NCBI GenBank assembly: GCA_050050255.1
Contig: JASFUN010000001.1
Coordinates: forward strand, 1-28,648
Length of the DNA: 28,648 nt
DNA from: Anaerolineales bacterium
GTDB taxonomy: Bacteria > Chloroflexota > Anaerolineae > Anaerolineales > E44-bin32
Direction: 5' to 3'
The notes beneath the pieces were generated by a model, which saw nothing but the letters and a program-made list of their open reading frames with translations, made no database searches and was not told where the DNA came from. Shown here piece by piece: positions 9,770 to 18,073 of the stretch. Positions within the stretch are counted from its first letter, which is position 1. Each line of letters begins with the position of its first letter. A program made the translations under genes and the position numbers.

Positions 9770-10441
9770 CTAACTGCTCGCGGGATTAGATCCTGCATGC
9801 ATCAGGGCTGCGATGGGTTCAAATGATTGGCGGTGAAGAGCGGATGGCCCTAGCTTGCGGAGCGCTTGTTGGTGTTCGGGGGTGCCGTAGCCCTTGTGGT
9901 TGCGGAAACCGTAGCCGGGATATTTTTTGTCATAGGCGATCATCTTGCGATCGCGGGCGACTTTGGCCAGAATGGATGCCGACGATATGGAAAGGACAGA
10001 GACATCTCCATGTGGAAGGGCGGTCTGCGGGAGCGAATTTTCGGGGAGCAGCAGATGATCGATAAGCAAGAACTCTGGCGGAATCTTCAACCCATCGATC
10101 GCTCGCTGCATGGCCAGGCGCGTCGCCGCGATCATTCCCAACGAATCCACTTCCTTTACCTTGACCATTCCGACGCTCCAGGCCAGGGCGATTTTCTTCA
10201 GGGATTGCTCCCAGTGCGTTCGCTGTTTTACGGAGAGCAGCTTCGAGTCTCGGACCCCATCTAATTCCTCGAGCAGGTCATCCTGGTCCACTGGCAAGAT
10301 GATCACGCCGGCCGCCACCGGTCCTGCCCAGGCTCCGCGACCGGCTTCGTCGATCCCGGCGATCAAGCGGTATCCACGATTAAGCAGTTCAATCTCGAGA
10401 TTAAGGTCAGGCCAGTCAGGCTTATGATTTGCCGGTTTCAT
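9770..10441 (-). CDS. rnhB: Ribonuclease HII
   Basis: IAGIDEAGRGAWAGPV, RDSKLLS, SISSASILAKVARD and YGFRNHKGYGTPEH...HRQSF. Confidence 0.95.
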   Translation of the reverse strand: MKPANHKPDWPDLNLEIELLNRGYRLIAGIDEAGRGAWAGPVAAGVIILPVDQDDLLEELDGVRDSKLLSVKQRTHWEQSLKKIALAWSVGMVKVKEVDSLGMIAATRLAMQRAIDGLKIPPEFLLIDHLLLPENSLPQTALPHGDVSVLSISSASILAKVARDRKMIAYDKKYPGYGFRNHKGYGTPEHQQALRKLGPSALHRQSFEPIAALMHAGSNPASS

Positions 10442-11153
10442 AATTTCCTTGACGGTCGTTCATACGGATCTGGATGAGGTCTGCGAACATGGCGATCGAA
10501 TCGCGCAGAATGTGGATTCGGCTGCCCCGGTTGAAGTACCAGTTAATCGGGATCTCTACGATCCGGAAGCCGCGTTTTCGGGCTATGTAGAGTATTTCCA
10601 CGTCGAAAGTCCAACCATCGAGCGTTTGTGCCTGGAAGAGCTCCTGCGCCACGCTCGACCTGAAGCACTTGAAACCGCACTGCGTATCCTGGATTCCGGG
10701 CAGCGTGATCAATCGAACGAGCAGGTTGAATACGCGCCCGATCCAATGGCGGTAAGCCGGCTCACCAATCCTTCGCGCTCCGGGGGCTTCTCTCGAAGCG
10801 ATTGCGATATCGTAATCAGGCCCATCGGGGGGTAGAAAACGGGCGACTTCTGCGATCGGCATGGATAGGTCCGCATCGGCGATGAAGCGGTACTGCCCTT
10901 GAGCTTCCAGCATCCCCTTTCGTACGGCGAGCCCCTTGCCCGCACGCTCCTCCGAGTGCGCATGGATAAATGCATAGCGGCGATCAAAATCACGTGCGAT
11001 TTCCAGAGTTCGATCCTGGCTACCGTTCTCGATGACCAAGATCTCGTACTGATAGGGTTGTGATTCGAGGAAAGCGATGATCTGCTTCAAGCTGATGGGG
11101 AGACGATTTTCCTCGTTATGGGCAGGGATGATGATGGATAGCAGGGGTGCCAC
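10422..11153 (-). CDS. GT2 glycosyltransferase, dolichyl/polyprenol-phosphate glycosyltransferase-like
   Basis: LSIIIPAHNEE, ENGSQD, GKGLAVRKGM, FIADADLS (DXD), DTQCGFKCF and GWTFDVEIL. GTG start; overlaps the rnhB start by 20 nt. Confidence 0.92.
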   Translation of the reverse strand: MAPLLSIIIPAHNEENRLPISLKQIIAFLESQPYQYEILVIENGSQDRTLEIARDFDRRYAFIHAHSEERAGKGLAVRKGMLEAQGQYRFIADADLSMPIAEVARFLPPDGPDYDIAIASREAPGARRIGEPAYRHWIGRVFNLLVRLITLPGIQDTQCGFKCFRSSVAQELFQAQTLDGWTFDVEILYIARKRGFRIVEIPINWYFNRGSRIHILRDSIAMFADLIQIRMNDRQGNYETGKS

Positions 11154-11183
11154 GCAAGGCTCCAGGATGACGTAGGCTCACAA

Positions 11184-12050
11184 TTAGACCGTATTGGCGA
11201 GGATCAGGATGGCGAAAATACCGATGATGAAGAGCTCGACGACCGCCATGGCGACCAGCAGGATGATTTGCCTGCGCGATAGCGGGATGCGCCTTTCGCG
11301 CAAGGAGCGCTGCTCGCGGGGTGTAAGCGCGGGAGCCTCGTTGGCATAAAGCAAGCCGCGTTCTTCACCGGAGATCTCGGGCAGGTCCACGGGCGCATCA
11401 GGCCGTGGTTCGGGTTCAGGGGGCGCCTGTGCTTCCTCTTCGAGCTCGGGTTGTGGCGGATTCGTCAGTGCCTGGACGATATCCCGGATGTCATCGCCGT
11501 CCATGATCGGTTGATACTCCTGGAGGTTTGCGGCGAAGTGATCCACGGCATCAGCGTACACGATGCGCACCTTCGATTGAAGCGAATCGACATGGGTGCG
11601 CGGGTCTGTAAAAATGAGCACCGGCTCGATTTCCGGCAGTCCGAACCCTTGTTCACGCAGGTAGTTTAGCAGTGCGTCGGCCATGTTCAACGCGCGTTCC
11701 TGCAGGTTTGGTTTTGCAGGGGTGAACTTACGTGAACTGCCGCCGCCAATTTTCAACCACTCCTCCCCTTTTGCCTTGAAGACCCCTTTTATTGGCGTGG
11801 GGATAATCAACCTGACACCTTGTGGGCCGAGCAAGATCAAGGGAGCGACCATCGAAGCATCGGGGATCTGCAGGTTGGTGAGCGCCTGATAGGCTTGATC
11901 GAGATCCTTGTCGAGGCGGTTCACGATCCACTTCAGAGCTTGCATATCTCCGTACCAGCCGAAGCCGTGTTCAAAGGTTGCTCGGACGCGGTTCTCAAGA
12001 CTGATTTCGCCCTGCTCGTCGATATATTCGGAGAAGTCTTGTTTTTTCAT
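11184..12050 (-). CDS. NERD-like domain protein with Pro/Glu-rich linker and C-terminal TM anchor
   Basis: LILLGPQGVRLII...KGVFKAKGEEW...NLQERA...EPVLIFTDP resembles the NERD fold pattern. C-terminal hydrophobic segment IILLVAMAVVELFIIGIFAILIL. Confidence 0.6.
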   Translation of the reverse strand: MKKQDFSEYIDEQGEISLENRVRATFEHGFGWYGDMQALKWIVNRLDKDLDQAYQALTNLQIPDASMVAPLILLGPQGVRLIIPTPIKGVFKAKGEEWLKIGGGSSRKFTPAKPNLQERALNMADALLNYLREQGFGLPEIEPVLIFTDPRTHVDSLQSKVRIVYADAVDHFAANLQEYQPIMDGDDIRDIVQALTNPPQPELEEEAQAPPEPEPRPDAPVDLPEISGEERGLLYANEAPALTPREQRSLRERRIPLSRRQIILLVAMAVVELFIIGIFAILILANTV

Positions 12051-12146
12051 GGCTCTGTTTCTGCTTAGCCGCCGTGTAACCCGGTTATCGCAGACACGAT
12101 TGCGATGTGCGGCTGGCGGTCAGGCCGCTCATCATGACTACAAGCC

Positions 12147-12174
12147 ATTATAAAGCAGACGCCGGTCAGGACAA
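12147..12174 (-). promoter_or_regulatory. Putative sigma70-type promoter for the NERD-GT2-rnhB unit
   Basis: On the minus strand, TTGTCC (12174-12169), a 16-nt spacer and TATAAT (12152-12147). Confidence 0.4.
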
Positions 12175-12200
12175 CCGGAAAACAGGGTGGACTTTACGGC

Positions 12201-12206
12201 TATAAT
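12201..12206 (+). promoter_or_regulatory. Putative -10 box for nfeD
   Basis: Perfect TATAAT 18 nt upstream of the ATG, followed by GAGG. No recognisable -35. Confidence 0.35.
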
Positions 12207-12224
12207 CTAAATCAAGAGGTATCC

Positions 12225-13547
12225 ATGAAGTTCAGCCCACGAGTCTTTGTTTTCAGCGCCCTGATTTTGCTCTCAATGTTCCTGCCCATGCAGGCGGAGT
12301 CTCAGGCGGATTCACAGGTACTGCTGTTGGAAACAAGCGGCCCGCTCACGCCTGCGATGGTCGAGTACCTGGAACGCGGCATCCAAAGGGCGGAGGACGT
12401 TAACGCGGAAGCACTGATCTTCCAGATGGATACCCCCGGAGGCTCCGTGGATCTGATGAACCGCATGGTGCAGAAGATCCGTGCCAGCGAGGTACCAGTG
12501 ATCGTGTACATCGCACCGAGCGGCGCGATCGCAGGCAGCGCCGGTACGGTCATCACCCTGGCAGGTGACGTCGCCGCGATGGCACCGGAAACAGCCATAG
12601 GTGCGGCGAGCCCGGTTGGAGGTCAGGGTGAGGATCTTGGGGAGACGATCGCGGCCAAACAAAAGGAGATCCAGAAGGCGACCGTGCGGGGGCTTGCCGA
12701 GCGCAGGGGAGATCGGGCAGTCGCTCTTGCGGAGGCTACGATCGAGGATGCCAAGGCGGTTTCATCAGAAGAAGCGCTGGCTGCCGGATTGATCGACGTA
12801 GTGGTAGAGGATGTAGATGCACTGCTGGCGGCCGTTGATGGCTTGGAGATACCGGGTGCCGGCGGAGAGCGTTTGAACGTTGCGGACGCACAGGTCATCG
12901 TAATCCCCCAAACATTCATCGAGCGTTTTCTGCAGGTGCTGACCAATCCAAACATCGTCTTTCTCTTAATTACGGTCGGGGTTCAGGCCGTTTTAATTGA
13001 GATCTCAGCTCCCGGTGGATGGGTGGCGGGGTTCATCGGTGTGGTTTGTCTGGCCCTGGGTGTCTACGGCCTCGGAATCCTGCCAGTAAACTGGTTTGGG
13101 TTGGTTTTTATCCTGACGGCTTTCGTCCTGTTCTTCCTGGAGATCAAGGTACCGGCGTATGGAGCCTTGTCGGTCGCGGGGCTTGCCTCGTTCATCGTGG
13201 GTGCGCTGGTGCTGTTTAATTCAACCACGGCTCCCAGCTTCCTGCGTGTATCCATTCCCCTGGTGATAGGGACAGGGATCGCCACGGCAGCTTTTTTCAT
13301 GACCATCGTCACCTTTGCGATACGGGCACAGATGAGAAAGCCGGAGGTCGGAAGGGAAGCGATGATCGGGCGCGAAGGCATGACGCGGGGCGCGCTCTCA
13401 CCATCGGGGATGGTCCATGTAGCCGGGGAGCTGTGGAGCGCAGTCTCGAAATCCGGCGAGGGCATACCGGCCGACACGAGGATCCGGGTCGTTGGGGTTA
13501 ACGGACTGCGGCTGGAGGTTGAAGCCAGCGACACGCCGACGGGTTGA
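12225..13547 (+). CDS. nfeD: Long-form NfeD membrane-bound ClpP-class serine protease, 440 aa
   Basis: Signal-like N-terminus, MDTPGGSVD, VIVYIAPSGAIAGSAG (catalytic Ser), MAPETAIGAA and a Lys in AAKQKE. About five TMs, then a C-terminal OB-fold (GMVHVAGELWSA...IRVVGVNGLRLEV). Confidence 0.93.
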   Translation: MKFSPRVFVFSALILLSMFLPMQAESQADSQVLLLETSGPLTPAMVEYLERGIQRAEDVNAEALIFQMDTPGGSVDLMNRMVQKIRASEVPVIVYIAPSGAIAGSAGTVITLAGDVAAMAPETAIGAASPVGGQGEDLGETIAAKQKEIQKATVRGLAERRGDRAVALAEATIEDAKAVSSEEALAAGLIDVVVEDVDALLAAVDGLEIPGAGGERLNVADAQVIVIPQTFIERFLQVLTNPNIVFLLITVGVQAVLIEISAPGGWVAGFIGVVCLALGVYGLGILPVNWFGLVFILTAFVLFFLEIKVPAYGALSVAGLASFIVGALVLFNSTTAPSFLRVSIPLVIGTGIATAAFFMTIVTFAIRAQMRKPEVGREAMIGREGMTRGALSPSGMVHVAGELWSAVSKSGEGIPADTRIRVVGVNGLRLEVEASDTPTG

Positions 13548-13572
13548 CTCATAATTATTGAAAATGTACACT
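13544..13572 (+). promoter_or_regulatory. Sigma70/sigmaA promoter for the FHA gene
   Basis: TTGACT (13544-13549), a 17-nt AT-rich spacer and TACACT (13567-13572). RBS AGGAGG lies ahead of ATG 13599. Confidence 0.65.
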
Positions 13573-13598
13573 TGCGCCAGGAAAGTCAGGAGGGTTTT

Positions 13599-14174
13599 AT
13601 GACATCATCCGCCTTTCGCTTGATCGTACGAACCGGCCCAAACCCCGGTACGGTAACTGAATTGACCAAGGAGGTCAATCTGATCGGGCGTGATGTGACC
13701 AACGATGTCGTCGTCGGAGACGCTGAGGTTTCCAGACAGCATGCCCGTGTCACGCGTACACCGGGCGGCTACGTACTCGAGGATCTTGGCTCGACCAACG
13801 GCACTTTTGTCAACGGCGAACGGCTGACGACGCCGAGGGTTTTAAACCCCGGGGATTTGATCGCCCTGGGAGAGACGGTCACGCTCACCTTTGACGCCGT
13901 GGCGCCGGAAGCTGCCGCGACGGTTGCGCGCCCGGCTGCCGAGCAGCCTGAGACCGTGCGTGAGGCACCGCAACCTCAAGCTCCCCCTGTACAACCGCAG
14001 GTCCCCGTTCAGCCAGCGGCGCCACCGGCAGAGAAAAAACGCCGCTCGCCGTGGATGCTGGCGGGTATAGGGTGCTTTGTGCTCATCCTGGCTTGTGGCG
14101 GATTCCTGTGGTTCATGGACGCATTCTATCCGGATATCCTCTACGCTCCATTGCGCTTGCTTGGTTTTTATTAG
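13599..14174 (+). CDS. Membrane-anchored FHA-domain protein, 191 aa
   Basis: FHA motifs IGRD, VSRQHA and DLGSTNGTFVNG, then a Pro/Gln linker, KKRR and a C-terminal TM. Start moved to ATG 13599 (RBS AGGAGG). Confidence 0.93.
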   Translation: MTSSAFRLIVRTGPNPGTVTELTKEVNLIGRDVTNDVVVGDAEVSRQHARVTRTPGGYVLEDLGSTNGTFVNGERLTTPRVLNPGDLIALGETVTLTFDAVAPEAAATVARPAAEQPETVREAPQPQAPPVQPQVPVQPAAPPAEKKRRSPWMLAGIGCFVLILACGGFLWFMDAFYPDILYAPLRLLGFY

Positions 14175-14200
14175 ACATCCGGACTGGCGCGATCTTTCAG

Positions 14201-14230
14201 ACGGGCGGTGTATGCCGCCCGTTTTTGTTT
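14201..14230 (+). terminator. Intrinsic terminator
   Basis: ACGGGCGG-TGTATG-CCGCCCGT followed by TTTTGTTT. Confidence 0.8.
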
Positions 14231-14329
14231 CCGCATCACGCCTTAACCGGGCATGAGATTACCTGTAACCTTTCCCCTTTCACGACATCCAATACCTGTA
14301 TGTTGAGATTTTGATAAGAGGAGTATCCA

Positions 14330-14740
14330 ATGGAAATGGAGATCACTTTCCCGGGCGGTGCGCGCGTCGACGCGCAGTTCGGACCGTACACGGTTAGGAC
14401 CGATCAACCGCCGATGGGAGGCGGCGAGGGTTCATCACCGACGCCGTTCGCGCTATTCCTGGCTTCTATCGGCACCTGTGCCGGTATTTACGTCCTTGGT
14501 TTCCTGCGCCAGCGCGGGCTGACGACAGAAGGCGTCCGAATCCGCCAGCGGATGCACAGCAACCCCGCTACCGGGATGGTCGCACAGGTCGACCTGGAAA
14601 TCGAGGTACCTGAGGATTTCCCGGAGAAGTACCGGGATTCGCTTGTGCGATCGGCGGAGCTTTGCGCCGTGAAGAAGCATTTTGAAAACCCGCCATCCTT
14701 CAGCATCAGCACACAGACGGTGGAACGAGCCAGGACGTAA
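14330..14740 (+). CDS. OsmC/Ohr family protein, 136 aa
   Basis: TDQPPMGGGEGSSPTPFALFLASIGTCAG and a second Cys in AELCAVKKHF. RBS GAGGAG. Confidence 0.88.
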   Translation: MEMEITFPGGARVDAQFGPYTVRTDQPPMGGGEGSSPTPFALFLASIGTCAGIYVLGFLRQRGLTTEGVRIRQRMHSNPATGMVAQVDLEIEVPEDFPEKYRDSLVRSAELCAVKKHFENPPSFSISTQTVERART

Positions 14741-14774
14741 TTTACCCTGCGCTACAATAGAGGGTGGAGATGTC

Positions 14775-15536
14775 ATGATACTCAAACGCTCCACCCTCTT
14801 TTTATTGCTGATCGCGGCATTAGCAGCATGTGTCGGTCTGCCTGAAACAAGCGCGAGCTCCCCAGACACAGATGCCGCGACTTCCCAGACGGCGCACCTC
14901 AAAGAGCAACGTGAAAGCATGGTCCGCGAAGGGATCATCGGCTTCGGGATAGAATCGGAAACCGTCATAAAGGCGCTGCGCGAGACGCCTCGGCACGAAT
15001 TCGTGCCGGAAGAGTTTCTTGATCAAGCCTACGCCAACCACCCGCTGCCGATTGGATTCGGGCAGACGATCTCCCAGCCTTACATTGTGGCGCTGATGTC
15101 GCAGGAACTCGGCGTCGCACCAGGGGAGAAGGTCCTGGAGGTAGGAACCGGTTCTGGATACCAGGCAGCCGTGCTGGCGGAAATGGGGTTGCAGGTTTAC
15201 TCAATGGAGATCATTGAGCCCCTGGCCGAGCGCGCCCAGGCTCGCCTGCAGGAGCTCGGCTACGAACAGGTCCAGGTGCGCAACGCGGATGGGTATTATG
15301 GTTGGCCGGAAGAAGCGCCCTTCGACGGCATACTGGTGACTGCTGCGCCAGATCATGTGCCCCAGCCATTGCTTAGACAACTGAATGTCGGCGCAGTCAT
15401 GGTTATCCCCGTAGGGCCGGTTGGTGGTTATCAGGAATTATGGAAGATCAAGCGCGTCTCTGAAGAAGAGTTTAAATCAGAGAGCCTCGGGGGTGTGCGC
15501 TTCGTGCCACTCACCCGATCCGAAAAAGATGAGTGA
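14775..15536 (+). CDS. pcm: Protein-L-isoaspartate O-methyltransferase with N-terminal lipoprotein signal, 253 aa
   Basis: PRHEFVP, PLPIGFGQTISQPYIVALM, VLEVGTGSGYQAAVLA, DGYYGWPEEAPFDGILVTAA and GVRFVPLT. Start moved to ATG 14775 (GGAG). N-terminus MILKRSTLFLLLIAALAA-C. Confidence 0.93.
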   Translation: MILKRSTLFLLLIAALAACVGLPETSASSPDTDAATSQTAHLKEQRESMVREGIIGFGIESETVIKALRETPRHEFVPEEFLDQAYANHPLPIGFGQTISQPYIVALMSQELGVAPGEKVLEVGTGSGYQAAVLAEMGLQVYSMEIIEPLAERAQARLQELGYEQVQVRNADGYYGWPEEAPFDGILVTAAPDHVPQPLLRQLNVGAVMVIPVGPVGGYQELWKIKRVSEEEFKSESLGGVRFVPLTRSEKDE

Positions 15537-15603
15537 CCCGGACCCTCTCAATCTGGCATGGTGTGGTCATTCCGCCGATTACGCAGTTTTAAAAGAGTAA
15601 GCT

Positions 15604-17958
15604 CTAGGCAGCATCGTTCCTACCGAAATAATTTGCGACGAGATAAGCGCCCCAGCCGATGGCAAGTGTTCCCTGCAAGCCGACATCAAGAGCGAGCATC
15701 GCAGCGACCACCCCGCTGATCCCGGAGAAAGCTCCGTTCACAGCCCAGGCCCATGGTATCCAACCAGGGTGCCGGCGTTCTAATCCGCGCAGGCCGGAAG
15801 CAAACGGCATGCCCATCAGAATGCCCAGGGGCATCAGCATGGCAATCATCACCAGCCATCTAGCCAATTCAGGTGCAGGAAGCATCCAATGGATAACAGG
15901 CGAGGCAAGCAGCAGAGTAACCCCGAGATACACGAGCAGTCCCAACAAAGCTTGCCTTATTTGGAAACGGGGGGACAGCCAGCTGCCAATGCCCGAGCCG
16001 AGGAGCAGGATGAAAAGCACCCCGGCAAGTGATTGCGCTGGATGGTCCAACAGCAGCGTGAATTGCTGAATGAGCGGGATTTCGACCAGTAGATAACCCA
16101 ATCCCAGGCCTGCAAAAAAGACCATGGCCCTGAACTCGGGTCGGTCAAGCGGGCGATCGCGAGCGCTGAAAAACAACGCTGTCAGGACCAACACTGTGGC
16201 GAGCACGGACATCAAACCCAGCAATACAAGGAGGACGAAATAGCCGCTGCCCCCGAAGGGCTGCCAGAAGGTCCCCAGTGATGCAATGACTTCAGGTGTC
16301 TGAGCCCAGCGGAAGAAGTGGTTGAAATACGGTTTGTCATCCACTGCAGGGGTTAACCGGAAAGGGTATTCGTCTGCCGCTGCGGGATGATTTAGCAGCG
16401 CATCGAAGAGCTGGTGGTAGATAGGCTCAGGCAGACGGTTGAAGCGGTTGATCTCCCCGGGCTTGAGGTCCGGCAGGAGAACGGCATCGAAGGCATTGCG
16501 TTCGAGAAACTGGCGAACAGATGCGATTTCGTTTGGAGTAAAGGCGCGCGGCGAGACGAGAATGGTAGCTGTGCGGATTCCACGCAAAGCGATCGTGTGT
16601 TTGCGAATGTCCTGCACGCCGGCCCGGCGCAGCGCGGCAAGCAGCGTGTTCCAGGCGCGCACGGAATCACTGGGCGGGGTGCCGATCCAGCGCGTGATGA
16701 CAAGGATCCCCTCTGGATTGAGTCGCGACCAGGCATCGGCGAAGGCGTTGACGGTCAGCAGATAATCCTCGCTGAGGCTGAAAGCACCTGAAGTGACCGG
16801 GTGAAAGACGTCGCTTAGCGCAAACTCGATCACATCATAGCTGTTGCTCTTTTCGGCAAGTACGCCCCGGGCGGTGCGAGGACGAACATCGAGATCAGGA
16901 TGGTTGAGCAGGTTGTAACTATAGCGGTCGTAGCTGTTGCGCAGCAGGTCCGTCAGGATGGGCTGATCGTTGGGCAACGTGAGCTTCAGTCCTGGCTGAG
17001 CGAGCGCTAGAAGGGCCGGAGTCCCCGCACCCCAATCGAGTATGAGCACCTCAGCTGCAGGGCGGAGCGCGTAGGCAATCGACGATGGCATACGGCGTCC
17101 GAGGTCGACAGCGACTTGATCCCGGGGCGATAAGTGTGTGATCGGGTAGGGTCCCTCCCCGTCCAGGAAGGCGCCCGCTTGTTCGGGCAGCGTTAGCGCT
17201 GCATTCAGGCTTAGCCCCGGGAAGCTGTGCAACCCCGGTCTTTCGATGACATCGAGCCGAACGGTCGAGCCCCATTCCTTGACGGTATGCTTGGCTTCGC
17301 TGGCAAGCTGGGCGGCGCTCAGGGGTTTGTAGGGCGAGAGTCGCCATTGAAGCGCTCCAACCGGGATGGAGAAGCTGAGCAGCGCAAAAGCGGCGGCCGT
17401 CATGAGGGCGAGCGCATATTTTCGCGAGGTACTTAGCACGACAGAGGCTAACAACCCGAGGGCGATGATGAAACCGATCGTGCCTTCGCCACCGATCCAA
17501 TCGATGGCAATCAGCGCCAGGGGGCAGCCGATAGCAGCGCCGATCATATTTGCAGCATAAGGGCGATAGGCATCCGTACCCGCCGCGTCGAGGGCTGAAC
17601 CGATCGCCCATCCAGCTGCCAGGAAAGGTGCCCCGGACAGCGCAAAATACAGCAGTAAGATCCACCATTGACGCGGATCCCATGCGATGCTGTAGGAGTC
17701 GAACGGCAGCAAATTCAATGTAAAGTAGGCTGCCAATACGGCGATGGAAAAGAAAAGTGCCAGAAGCGGGGGTGGAGGCTTCAGCCTGCGTGTCGCGAGC
17801 AGTGCCCCGCTGGCAGCAAAACCCATGGTGGCGATGCTGATGACGACGAATGCGAAATGGTAAAACTGCTGAACGGCGATCAAACGGGTGAGCGTGATCT
17901 CATAAGCGAGGCTTGCTGCTGAGATCAAGAGGATCCCCAGAGTGTGTCGGCTGTCCAT
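15604..17958 (-). CDS. Polytopic membrane protein with central spermidine-synthase-like class I SAM-binding domain, about 784 aa
   Basis: N-terminal TM bundle (LISAASLAYEITLTRL...HFAFVVISIA), soluble domain with VLILDWGAGT and SYDVIEF...YLLTVNAF...LNPEGILVI, and a C-terminal TM bundle ending PWAWAVNGAFS. Start may be 17958 or 17967. Confidence 0.75.
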   Translation of the reverse strand: MDSRHTLGILLISAASLAYEITLTRLIAVQQFYHFAFVVISIATMGFAASGALLATRRLKPPPPLLALFFSIAVLAAYFTLNLLPFDSYSIAWDPRQWWILLLYFALSGAPFLAAGWAIGSALDAAGTDAYRPYAANMIGAAIGCPLALIAIDWIGGEGTIGFIIALGLLASVVLSTSRKYALALMTAAAFALLSFSIPVGALQWRLSPYKPLSAAQLASEAKHTVKEWGSTVRLDVIERPGLHSFPGLSLNAALTLPEQAGAFLDGEGPYPITHLSPRDQVAVDLGRRMPSSIAYALRPAAEVLILDWGAGTPALLALAQPGLKLTLPNDQPILTDLLRNSYDRYSYNLLNHPDLDVRPRTARGVLAEKSNSYDVIEFALSDVFHPVTSGAFSLSEDYLLTVNAFADAWSRLNPEGILVITRWIGTPPSDSVRAWNTLLAALRRAGVQDIRKHTIALRGIRTATILVSPRAFTPNEIASVRQFLERNAFDAVLLPDLKPGEINRFNRLPEPIYHQLFDALLNHPAAADEYPFRLTPAVDDKPYFNHFFRWAQTPEVIASLGTFWQPFGGSGYFVLLVLLGLMSVLATVLVLTALFFSARDRPLDRPEFRAMVFFAGLGLGYLLVEIPLIQQFTLLLDHPAQSLAGVLFILLLGSGIGSWLSPRFQIRQALLGLLVYLGVTLLLASPVIHWMLPAPELARWLVMIAMLMPLGILMGMPFASGLRGLERRHPGWIPWAWAVNGAFSGISGVVAAMLALDVGLQGTLAIGWGAYLVANYFGRNDAA

Positions 17959-18073
17959 TGGCCACATATGCAGTTTGATTTTACAGCAACAGGAGCACGA
18001 CTTGTTAAGCGGCTGGGGGCCGGGCTTCTGCCCATGTTCGGGTATGATTGCAGGCAGGAGTTATGCGGATCGC

